In this document: one piece after another, positions 28,835-36,517 of the stretch
How the letters are laid out: each line of letters opens with the position of its first letter
How positions within the stretch are numbered: position 1 is the stretch's first letter
Origin: Pseudothermotoga sp.
GTDB lineage: Bacteria; Thermotogota; Thermotogae; Thermotogales; DSM-5069
DNA length: 64,000 nucleotides
Direction: 5' to 3'
NCBI GenBank assembly: GCA_025060105.1
Contig: JANXCS010000003.1
Location: forward strand, 147,341-211,340
Notes under the pieces: model-generated
Databases searched by the model: none
The model's input: only the letters and a program-made list of their open reading frames with translations
What the model was told of the DNA's origin: nothing
Position numbers and translations under genes: made by a program

Positions 28835-30496
28835 ATGTGGAAGCGCCTTCTTGCTTTTTTAATAATTTTCTTTGCCGTGTTGAGTTTATTGATTCTTCTC
28901 AACTTAAGATACGCAAGAACCTATTTAGAACGATCTTCAGAGACGTTCAGAGGGTTCGTTGAACTGTTGGCAAACGCAATCAGTGCGCGTTACTTTCATT
29001 CTGACACCACGTACAAACTCGTGTCACTCCTCGGTACGAACGCAGAAAGTTTGTTCTCCAAAATTGTCGAGGAATTTTTTGTCGTCGAGAGAGTCTACCT
29101 TGAGGAAAACGAGGCTGCAAAATTCGTCCCTTACAGGATCGAAGGTAGCAAAGAAAATTTGCTCATCAAACTGGTGATTTACAACAACGATACGACTGAC
29201 TATGTTATCGACAAGATCGCGGTCGCTCAGCTGAACGTTCAAAGAATTTTGCAGCTGTTGAATCTGGACCACATCGTGATAACCTCCAGAGGTCTTCCTT
29301 TCGCGTTCGGTATGAACGCAAAAGCTACACTTCCTCTGATCGATCCACTTTCGATCGTTGCTTCGCTGTCGATCGCAGCGATAATCTTGATGTATCGGAG
29401 GATAAGAGAATACAAAATCAAAATAGAGTTGGATCATAAAAAGAAACTCGAGAGAAAAACGTTGATCCTCGAGGCACTCAACGATATCACGTGTGAGATG
29501 CTGATGGGGGTGAGCGAGTCGACGTACCAGTTGATACTCAAAAAAGCTGTAGAATGCGTACCAAACGCACAAGCGGGAAGTTTACTCGTGAGAAAAAACT
29601 CAGTCTTTCACTACATAGCCACCGTCGGGTTCGATCTATCGCGCCTCTCCAGCGTTGTCATGTTGGAAAAAGAGATCTCACAGTGGGTTCAACGACACGA
29701 TTATCTGATCAGAAGAAGGCCCTACGAGATGGACGAGAAGATGTTGGATCAGGAAAGGCTAAAAACTCTCGTCGAAAGCGGTGGCCTCAAACAGATCAAA
29801 TCGACTCTCGTGGTACCAGTGAGGATAGAAGGTCAGGTTGAAATTCTGTTCAACTTGGACAACTTCGAGAGTGAAGATGCGTTCAACGAAGAAGATGTTC
29901 AAGTCGCCACTCTGTTCGCAAACCACGTCGGTCTGTTATTGAAAAGGCTCAAGTTGGAGGAACAACTCGAACAGCAGTACAAATTGATCGAACACATCTC
30001 TTACCACGACGCATTGACGAAACTTCCCAACCGAAGATTCCTCGAAGAGTTCGGAGAAAAAATGTTGTCCTTAGCTAGGAGAGAGAACAAAAGCTTGGTG
30101 ATCCTGTTCATCGACTTGGTTGATTTCAAACTCGTCAACGACAACTACGGTCACGAAACGGGTGACGAGGTACTCAAGATAGTTGCTGAAAGAATGAGCA
30201 ACGCCGTTCGTTCAAGTGATTTTATTGCTCGGCTCGGTGGAGACGAGTTCATCGTGATTCTGTATGATTGCGACACGAAAGGTGCCTTGGATGTAGTGAA
30301 AAGGCTCATCGACGTTGTGGAAAAGCCGATCTCGATCGATGGATCACAGCTATGCGTCGGTGCCACCGTCGGTGTAGCGGAGTATCCAAAAGATGGTGAA
30401 ACGCTCGATGCGTTGATAAGGAAAGCCGATGTGGCCATGTATCTGGCCAAGAGGAAAGGTATCGACGTGGCAACGACCGACGAGCTTAGCTGTTGA
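28835..30496 (+). CDS. Membrane sensor GAF/GGDEF diguanylate cyclase
   Basis: N-terminal TM, an extracytoplasmic region and a second TM. GAF-like middle region. GGDEF domain with GGDEF and an RSSD I-site. ATG at 28835 with SD GGGAG. Confidence 0.85.
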   Translation: MWKRLLAFLIIFFAVLSLLILLNLRYARTYLERSSETFRGFVELLANAISARYFHSDTTYKLVSLLGTNAESLFSKIVEEFFVVERVYLEENEAAKFVPYRIEGSKENLLIKLVIYNNDTTDYVIDKIAVAQLNVQRILQLLNLDHIVITSRGLPFAFGMNAKATLPLIDPLSIVASLSIAAIILMYRRIREYKIKIELDHKKKLERKTLILEALNDITCEMLMGVSESTYQLILKKAVECVPNAQAGSLLVRKNSVFHYIATVGFDLSRLSSVVMLEKEISQWVQRHDYLIRRRPYEMDEKMLDQERLKTLVESGGLKQIKSTLVVPVRIEGQVEILFNLDNFESEDAFNEEDVQVATLFANHVGLLLKRLKLEEQLEQQYKLIEHISYHDALTKLPNRRFLEEFGEKMLSLARRENKSLVILFIDLVDFKLVNDNYGHETGDEVLKIVAERMSNAVRSSDFIARLGGDEFIVILYDCDTKGALDVVKRLIDVVEKPISIDGSQLCVGATVGVAEYPKDGETLDALIRKADVAMYLAKRKGIDVATTDELSC

Positions 30497-30501
30497 GCGA
30501 G

Positions 30502-30510
30502 TGATATAAT
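30502..30510 (+). promoter_or_regulatory. Possible extended -10 element upstream of the NuoE/NuoF cluster
   Basis: TGaTATAAT lies 41 nt before the proposed start. No good -35 was seen. Confidence 0.3.
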
Positions 30511-30550
30511 TCTCTTAGGCTTGTGAAATTCTTAACAGGAGGTGAAGCAG

Positions 30551-31045
30551 TTGCAGAACGTCTGCACGACTGGAGAAAGGCTTTTCAAAGAGCTCGATGA
30601 ATACATGAAATCCATCAATGCAACACCTGACAAACTCATCTCCGTCCTCCAGAAAGCTCAAGAAATCTTCGGTTATCTCTCCCCCCAAGTTCAACAGTAC
30701 ATAGCCGATGCATTGAACATCCCAGTTTCTCAGGTTTATGGCGTCGTCACCTTCTACAACTTCTTTTCAATGACGCCTAAGGGTAAAGTACAAATAAAGG
30801 TCTGCCTTGGGACTGCCTGTTACGTCAAAGGAGCCGACAGAGTTCTTGAAAGATTCCTCGAGGAGCTCGGTGCGGAGTTGGAAAAACCAACCAAGGATGG
30901 TCAGTTCTCCGTGCACGCCGTCAGATGCTTGGGCGCTTGCAGTATGGCACCCGTGGTTCTGGTCGGAGAGAGGGATTTCTACGGTAGATTGAAACCAGAC
31001 ATGGTGCCCAGGATCATAGCGAAATACAGGGAGGTGAAGTCATGA
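30551..31045 (+). CDS. NuoE/HydC-like thioredoxin-fold [2Fe-2S] subunit (copy 1)
   Basis: Cys pattern VCLGTACYVKG ... RCLGACSMAP (CxxxxC...CxxxC). TTG at 30551 lies 6 nt after AGGAGGTG. The ORF track starts at GTG 30542. Confidence 0.85.
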   Translation: MQNVCTTGERLFKELDEYMKSINATPDKLISVLQKAQEIFGYLSPQVQQYIADALNIPVSQVYGVVTFYNFFSMTPKGKVQIKVCLGTACYVKGADRVLERFLEELGAELEKPTKDGQFSVHAVRCLGACSMAPVVLVGERDFYGRLKPDMVPRIIAKYREVKS

Positions 31046-31419
31046 GCAAGGTCAAGTCCATTGAGGAGCTCATGAAGATCAAAGAGAGGGCGTTGAAGGA
31101 ACTACAGCTCAGAGACACCGGTAAAAGGGGTAAGATCACCGTGGCGATGGGGACTTGTGGTATCGCAGCTGGTGCCAAAGAGACGTTGCGAGCGATCGTA
31201 GAAGCTCTGGCTGAAAACAACATAAACGATGTTGCGGTGGTGCAGTCAGGTTGCATGGGACTGTGCGAAGTGGAGCCCACCGTTGAGGTTCGATTGGAAG
31301 GTCAAGAGCCAGTGGTGTATGGGCACGTTACGCCGGAGAACGCGAAAAGAATCGTGAAACTTCACATAATGGCAAACCAGATTGTCTCCGACCTGATGGT
31401 GAGAAAAGGAGAGATGTGA
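31042..31419 (+). CDS. Small thioredoxin-like ferredoxin-fold protein (HydD-like position)
   Basis: 125 aa. MGTCGIAAGA and SGCMGLCEVEP give only three Cys in total. ATGA overlap with the upstream gene. Confidence 0.65.
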   Translation: MSKVKSIEELMKIKERALKELQLRDTGKRGKITVAMGTCGIAAGAKETLRAIVEALAENNINDVAVVQSGCMGLCEVEPTVEVRLEGQEPVVYGHVTPENAKRIVKLHIMANQIVSDLMVRKGEM

Positions 31420-31420
31420 A

Positions 31421-33220
31421 GTGCCACTCACTACAAGCACGGTCTTGATATGTGCCGGAGGAGCGTGCATCTCTTCAGGTGAGGCGAGCGTCAAGGAGGC
31501 CCTCAAAAAAGAAATAAGAAAATATGGCCTCGATGAGGTTGTAAGGGTTGTGGAAACTGGGTGCATGGGTGCCTGCAGTTTAGGTCCGATCATCGTCATC
31601 TATCCAGATGGTGTTTTTTATCAGAAGCTCACACCTCGTGCTGCTGAAAAGATCGTTCAAGAGCATCTCTTGAAAGGTAGGATCGTTCAGGAGTATCTGT
31701 ACAAGATGCCCACGGGAGAGGTCGTACCGGAGGCCATGGACAAGCTCCCGTTCTTCGCAAAGCAGGTGAAAATTGCGACACGCAACGTGGGCTACATTGA
31801 CCCTTCGAACATAGAAGAATACATCGCGAGGGACGGTTACTTTGCCCTCAACAAGGTCCTAACCCAAATGAGTCCAGAACAAGTGATAGAAGAGATCAAA
31901 CGCAGTGGGTTGAGAGGTAGAGGCGGTGCCGGTTTCCCAACGGGACTGAAATGGGAGCTGACGAGGAAAGCGAAAGGTGATAGAAAATACATCGTTTGCA
32001 ACGCGGATGAAGGTGATCCCGGGGCTTTCATGGATAGATCCATACTTGAGGGTGATCCACACACAGTTTTGGAAGCAATGGTGATAGCAGGATACGCGAT
32101 AGGTGCCCATCAAGGTTACATATACGTCCGTGCGGAGTATCCTTTAGCGATAGAAAGACTCCAGATCGCCATAGCTCAAGCGAAAGAGTTCGGCTTTTTG
32201 GGTGAAAATATCCTCGGCAGCGAGTTCGGATTCGATATCGAAATACGCATCGGAGCGGGTGCGTTCGTGTGCGGTGAAGAAACCGCTCTGATCGCCTCCA
32301 TCGAGGGAAAAAGAGGTCAACCGAGGGTCAAACCTCCATACCCAGCGCAAAGTGGTGTGTGGGGTTGTCCCACCGTGATAAACAACGTGGAAACGTTCGC
32401 CTGTGTGCCACCCATCATTATAAAGGGAGCAGACTGGTTCAGGAGCATCGGAACGCCGACTTCCCCTGGAACCAAAGTCTTCGCACTGGCGGGAAAGATC
32501 ACCAACACTGGGTTGGTCGAAGTACCTATGGGCATCACAATAAAAGAACTGCTCTACGAAATAGGTGGTGGTTCCTCGACGGGCAAGAAGATCAAAGCTG
32601 TTCAAACCGGAGGACCGAGTGGAGGCTGTATCCCATCCGAATACTTCGATACACCGGTGGACTATGAATCTCTCCAAAAGCTTGGAGCCATCATGGGTTC
32701 AGGCGGAATGATCGTCATGGATGAGGACGATTGCATGGTGGACGTTGCGAGATTCTTCTTGGAATTCACCGTGGACGAATCGTGTGGCAAATGCACGCCC
32801 TGTAGAGAAGGAACACGCCAGATGTTGAAGATTTTGGAAAAGATAACTTCTGGCGAAGGAAGTGAAAAAGATCTGATCGAACTGGAAACGCTTGGCAACA
32901 TCATAAAAGATACATCTCTGTGTGGACTTGGTCAAACTGCACCCAATCCAGTGCTGAGCACTCTCAGGTACTACCGTCACGAGTACGAGGCGCACGTTAG
33001 AGAAAAAAGATGTCCAGCTCTGCGTTGTAAAGCCCTCGTGAGGTACGTCATCGATCCATCGAAATGCGTTGGTTGTACCGCTTGTGCACGCGTTTGTCCC
33101 GTCAACGCGATAAGTGGTGAACTCAGGAAGGTTCACACGATAGACAACGATGTGTGCGTGAGGTGTGGAAGCTGCATAGAGGTTTGTAGGTTTGGAGCCA
33201 TAAGCAAAGTCTCACCGTGA
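31421..33220 (+). CDS. NuoF/HydB-like FMN- and NADH-binding subunit (copy 1) with an N-terminal [2Fe-2S] domain and C-terminal 2x[4Fe-4S]
   Basis: 599 aa. N-terminal ICAGGAC...GCMGAC, GLRGRGGAGFPTGLKW, CNADEGDPGAF and ESCGKCTPCREG. C-terminal CVGCTACARVCP and CVRCGSCIEVC. Confidence 0.9.
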   Translation: MPLTTSTVLICAGGACISSGEASVKEALKKEIRKYGLDEVVRVVETGCMGACSLGPIIVIYPDGVFYQKLTPRAAEKIVQEHLLKGRIVQEYLYKMPTGEVVPEAMDKLPFFAKQVKIATRNVGYIDPSNIEEYIARDGYFALNKVLTQMSPEQVIEEIKRSGLRGRGGAGFPTGLKWELTRKAKGDRKYIVCNADEGDPGAFMDRSILEGDPHTVLEAMVIAGYAIGAHQGYIYVRAEYPLAIERLQIAIAQAKEFGFLGENILGSEFGFDIEIRIGAGAFVCGEETALIASIEGKRGQPRVKPPYPAQSGVWGCPTVINNVETFACVPPIIIKGADWFRSIGTPTSPGTKVFALAGKITNTGLVEVPMGITIKELLYEIGGGSSTGKKIKAVQTGGPSGGCIPSEYFDTPVDYESLQKLGAIMGSGGMIVMDEDDCMVDVARFFLEFTVDESCGKCTPCREGTRQMLKILEKITSGEGSEKDLIELETLGNIIKDTSLCGLGQTAPNPVLSTLRYYRHEYEAHVREKRCPALRCKALVRYVIDPSKCVGCTACARVCPVNAISGELRKVHTIDNDVCVRCGSCIEVCRFGAISKVSP

Positions 33221-33234
33221 AGGGGGAGTAGCTG

Positions 33235-33723
33235 GTGGTCGACCGCGAAGCGATCGTTAATCTGGTGCGAAACATAAAGCAACAGGCACTCGAAGAGCGC
33301 GATATGCTCATCAATGCTTTGCATCAAATACAGAACCATTTTGGTAGCTACATACCTGTGGAAGCGGCGAAACTCGTGGCTGAAGAACTCAACGTTCCCG
33401 AGTCCAAAGTCTATGAGGTGCTCACGTTCTACACGATGTTTTCGATCAAACCGAGGGGAAAGTACGTTGTGAGAGTTTGTGTCAATTTACCTTGCCACGT
33501 CACTGGAGGTAGACAGATCATCGAGACGCTCAAGCAAACGCTGGGTATCGATTTTGACCAAACGACGAGTGACGGTCTGTTCACACTCGAAAGAACCAGC
33601 TGTCTGGGGCTCTGCGGTGTGGCACCGGTCATCATGGTGAACGATGAGTACTACGGCGACCTCACGCCTAAAAAGGTTAAAGAGCTCATCGAGAGCCTCA
33701 GAGCGAGGGGTGAGGGCAGATGA
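33235..33723 (+). CDS. NuoE-like [2Fe-2S] subunit (copy 2)
   Basis: 162 aa. VCVNLPCHVTG ... SCLGLCGVAP. GTG start with SD AAGGGGGAG. Confidence 0.85.
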   Translation: MVDREAIVNLVRNIKQQALEERDMLINALHQIQNHFGSYIPVEAAKLVAEELNVPESKVYEVLTFYTMFSIKPRGKYVVRVCVNLPCHVTGGRQIIETLKQTLGIDFDQTTSDGLFTLERTSCLGLCGVAPVIMVNDEYYGDLTPKKVKELIESLRARGEGR

Positions 33724-35348
33724 AGCCCATATTGGTCTTAGTATCGGTGGACTCGAACAGCATTCTGCTTGGAGCAAAGCAGTTCGTCAACTATTTGAAG
33801 GAAGCGATCGAAAAGTACAACCTCAGAGATACGGTGGACGTGCTCGAAACTGGTAGCATGGGTGTCTACACTCAAGGTGTCGTCATGGCAATCTTCCCAG
33901 ACGACATCTATTATTCCGTTCGCTCCATTGAAGATGTAGAAAAGATCGTTTCTGAACATCTGCTCAAAGGCCGAGCTGTTCTTCCACTCGAGCTACCCAA
34001 AGAGCGTTTGAAACTCGTCGTCGAAAAGGAGAGAGTGACGGAAGAGGTTCGCATAGTTCTGAGGAACGTGGGTGTGATAGATCCAAAAAGTATAGATCAG
34101 TACATCGCCAGAGACGGTTACTTTGCACTCCACAAGGCTTTGTTCGAAATGACCCCACAACAAGTCATCCAAACGATCAAGGAATCCGGTTTGAGAGGTA
34201 GAGGCGGTGCCGGTTTCCCAACGGGGTTGAAGTGGGAATTCACGGCGAAAGTTCAAGCCGATCAGAAATACGTGGTCTGCAACGCGGATGAAGGTGAACC
34301 AGGTACGTTCAAAGACAGGTTGATCATGGAGGGTGACCCACACTCAGTTATAGAGGCGATGATAATCTGTGGATACGCCGTTGGAGCAACGAAGGGATAC
34401 ATATACATCAGAGGAGAGTATTACGGCTCGGTCGAGAACGTCCAGAAAGCCATCAAGGATGCCTACGAATATGGATTCCTCGGTAAAAACATTCTCGGCA
34501 GTGGGTTCTCGTTCGATCTCACGGTGAGACTTGGAGCGGGTGCTTACGTCTGTGGTGAGGAGACTGCACTTTTGGAATCGATAGAAGGCAAATCGGGCAG
34601 ACCGAGGCTCAAGCCACCATACCCTCCAACGCAGGGTTTGTTCGGCAAGCCAACGGTCATAAACAACGTCGAAACGTTCGCAAACGTACCGCAGATAATC
34701 TTGAACGGTGCGAATTGGTTCAAGCAGTTCGGAACGAAGGGATCACCCGGCACGAAGGTTTTCTCTTTGGTGGGAAACGTCGTCAAGAGAGGCATCGTCG
34801 AAGTTCCGATGGGCATCAGCGTCCGAGAACTCATCTACAGATTCGGAGGAGGTCTCCTCGGCGGTAAACGTTTGTACATGGTTCAGACTGGCGGTACGGC
34901 TGGCACATTCATAGGCGTCGACAAGCTCGATGTGCCATTGGATTATGAATCTTTCCGAGATCACGGTGTGTCGATCGGTTCAGGCGTGATCCTCGCGATG
35001 GACGAGGACGTTTGTCCCGTGGATGTGGCGTTGAACACGATGGAATTCTTCGAGCATGAATCGTGCGGAAAATGTACTCCGTGCCGTGAAGGTACAAGGC
35101 TTGCGGTGCAAATCCTCAGAAAGATGAGTAAAGGTCAAGGTCAAAAGGAAGATCTCGAAACGTTGAAGCAGATCGCTCTAGTCACCCAAGAAGCTTCCCT
35201 GTGTGGTCTTGGTCAGAGCATCAACGTTCCACTCCTCTCCATCCTAGACAACTTCAAAGAAGATTTCGTCAACCACATAGGTGCTTCGAGTTGTCCAAGG
35301 GGAGTCTGTAGGTTCGAAAAACCCACCAAAGTCAAGACGAAGGTTTGA
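33720..35348 (+). CDS. NuoF-like FMN/NADH subunit (copy 2), with a cysteine-free N-terminal domain and no C-terminal ferredoxin domain
   Basis: 542 aa. GLRGRGGAGFPTGLKW, CNADEGEPGTF and ESCGKCTPCREG are present. The first ~90 residues contain no Cys. The protein ends shortly after the [4Fe-4S] N3-type region. Confidence 0.85.
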   Translation: MKPILVLVSVDSNSILLGAKQFVNYLKEAIEKYNLRDTVDVLETGSMGVYTQGVVMAIFPDDIYYSVRSIEDVEKIVSEHLLKGRAVLPLELPKERLKLVVEKERVTEEVRIVLRNVGVIDPKSIDQYIARDGYFALHKALFEMTPQQVIQTIKESGLRGRGGAGFPTGLKWEFTAKVQADQKYVVCNADEGEPGTFKDRLIMEGDPHSVIEAMIICGYAVGATKGYIYIRGEYYGSVENVQKAIKDAYEYGFLGKNILGSGFSFDLTVRLGAGAYVCGEETALLESIEGKSGRPRLKPPYPPTQGLFGKPTVINNVETFANVPQIILNGANWFKQFGTKGSPGTKVFSLVGNVVKRGIVEVPMGISVRELIYRFGGGLLGGKRLYMVQTGGTAGTFIGVDKLDVPLDYESFRDHGVSIGSGVILAMDEDVCPVDVALNTMEFFEHESCGKCTPCREGTRLAVQILRKMSKGQGQKEDLETLKQIALVTQEASLCGLGQSINVPLLSILDNFKEDFVNHIGASSCPRGVCRFEKPTKVKTKV

Positions 35349-35829
35349 CTGTGTGCTCGGCCTGTGGGCCGAGCATACTTTCTATCGCGATCGTTTCTCT
35401 AAACGATTTGCTCAGATCGTAAACGTACCGACCCGATTTTCTTTTCTTAGTCAATATTCCCATCTTGTGTAAAGCCCTAACCAGGTGTGACGATTCTTTT
35501 CCCCTGATTTCGTTGAGTGCAGTGACCGTCAATGGTCCGTTCAGCGCTATCGCCGCAACGATCTCGAGCTGACCCAATGTTAACTTCGCTGCACGCACGT
35601 TGGTCGCCTTCATGGCGAGCTGTGAATAATCAGATTTCGTGTAGAATCTGTAGACGTCCCCGATCTTTTTGAGTTCTACTCCGTGGCGATCCTCGAGGTA
35701 TTCTTTCTCTATTTCCTCGATTATCGGGATGAGCTTTTCTTCCTCCACCTTGAGCAAGTTTGAAATCTTTTTCAGAGTCGTTCCACGACTCGCGAAAAGG
35801 ATCGCTTCAACTGCCGCTCTGAGGTTCAA
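35332..35829 (-). CDS. scpB: Segregation and condensation protein B
   Basis: AAVEAILFAS N-terminal motif and winged-helix repeats, downstream of scpA. TTG at 35829 with SD AGGAGGT. The longest ORF starts at 35862. Confidence 0.85.
   Translation of the reverse strand: MNLRAAVEAILFASRGTTLKKISNLLKVEEEKLIPIIEEIEKEYLEDRHGVELKKIGDVYRFYTKSDYSQLAMKATNVRAAKLTLGQLEIVAAIALNGPLTVTALNEIRGKESSHLVRALHKMGILTKKRKSGRYVYDLSKSFRETIAIESMLGPQAEHTVKPSS
35354..35375 (+). terminator. Candidate terminator hairpin for the NuoE/NuoF cluster, embedded in the scpB 3' coding end
   Basis: TGCTCGGCC-tgtg-GGCCGAGCA (9-bp perfect stem) lies 6 nt after the copy-2 NuoF-like stop. It is followed by TACTTTCTAT, a weak U-tract. 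Confidence 0.45.
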
Positions 35830-36508
35830 ATCCTTCGTACCTCCTGAGTAACATCTTTCCATCTTCAGTGGCGATGAGGCACTTCTTCAGATGTATCAGC
35901 TCCAACACGGCGAGGAATCGTACGATCAGTTCGTACCTGCTGGCCGATTCTCTCAACACTTCATACACGCTTAACTCATGCTCGACCGTCAATCTCTCCA
36001 ATAATTCTTCCATGATTTGTTCCACGGTCATCGGAGATCTTTTGATCCTGAGGGCAGACGTTCTGATGTTCATTTCCTCCAGTATGGCTTTCAAAACCTT
36101 GAGTAATTTCTCCTGTTGGACGTACGGCATTGGAGTGACGCGCACACGTTTTCTCAAAAAAAGATCTTTCACATCCTTTTCGAGATGCTCCGCAAACTGC
36201 TTCACTTGCTCGTAAAGTTCTATCCTTCTGTAAAGATCTTCTTCCAACTTCATCAAATGCCGTTTTTCCCTCTCGGAAAGCGACGGGAGTAGATACTTCG
36301 ATTTCAATTCCATCAAATGCGACGCCATGACGAAAAAATCGGAAGCTAGCTGTAGATCGAGCCTTTTCATCCGCTCAACGTATTCGATGAACTCGTCGGC
36401 CAGTTGAGAAATAGGTATCTGTCGCACGTTTATTCTGCGCTTCTTCACCAAATGTAGCAGAAGATCCAATGGCCCTTCGAACTGTGGCAATTTGAAAACG
36501 AGTTCCAA
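35807..36508 (-). CDS. scpA: Segregation and condensation protein A (kleisin)
   Basis: 233 aa. FEGPLDLLLHLVKKRRINV... is the classic ScpA N-terminus. Confidence 0.85.
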   Translation of the reverse strand: MELVFKLPQFEGPLDLLLHLVKKRRINVRQIPISQLADEFIEYVERMKRLDLQLASDFFVMASHLMELKSKYLLPSLSEREKRHLMKLEEDLYRRIELYEQVKQFAEHLEKDVKDLFLRKRVRVTPMPYVQQEKLLKVLKAILEEMNIRTSALRIKRSPMTVEQIMEELLERLTVEHELSVYEVLRESASRYELIVRFLAVLELIHLKKCLIATEDGKMLLRRYEGFEPQSGS

Positions 36509-36517
36509 AACATCACC

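Noticed and set aside
28744-28962. A 72-aa ORF overlapping the 3' half of tRNA-Leu and its terminator.
   Set aside because: It is explained by the tRNA and terminator sequence and by the start of the GGDEF gene in another frame. It has no SD.
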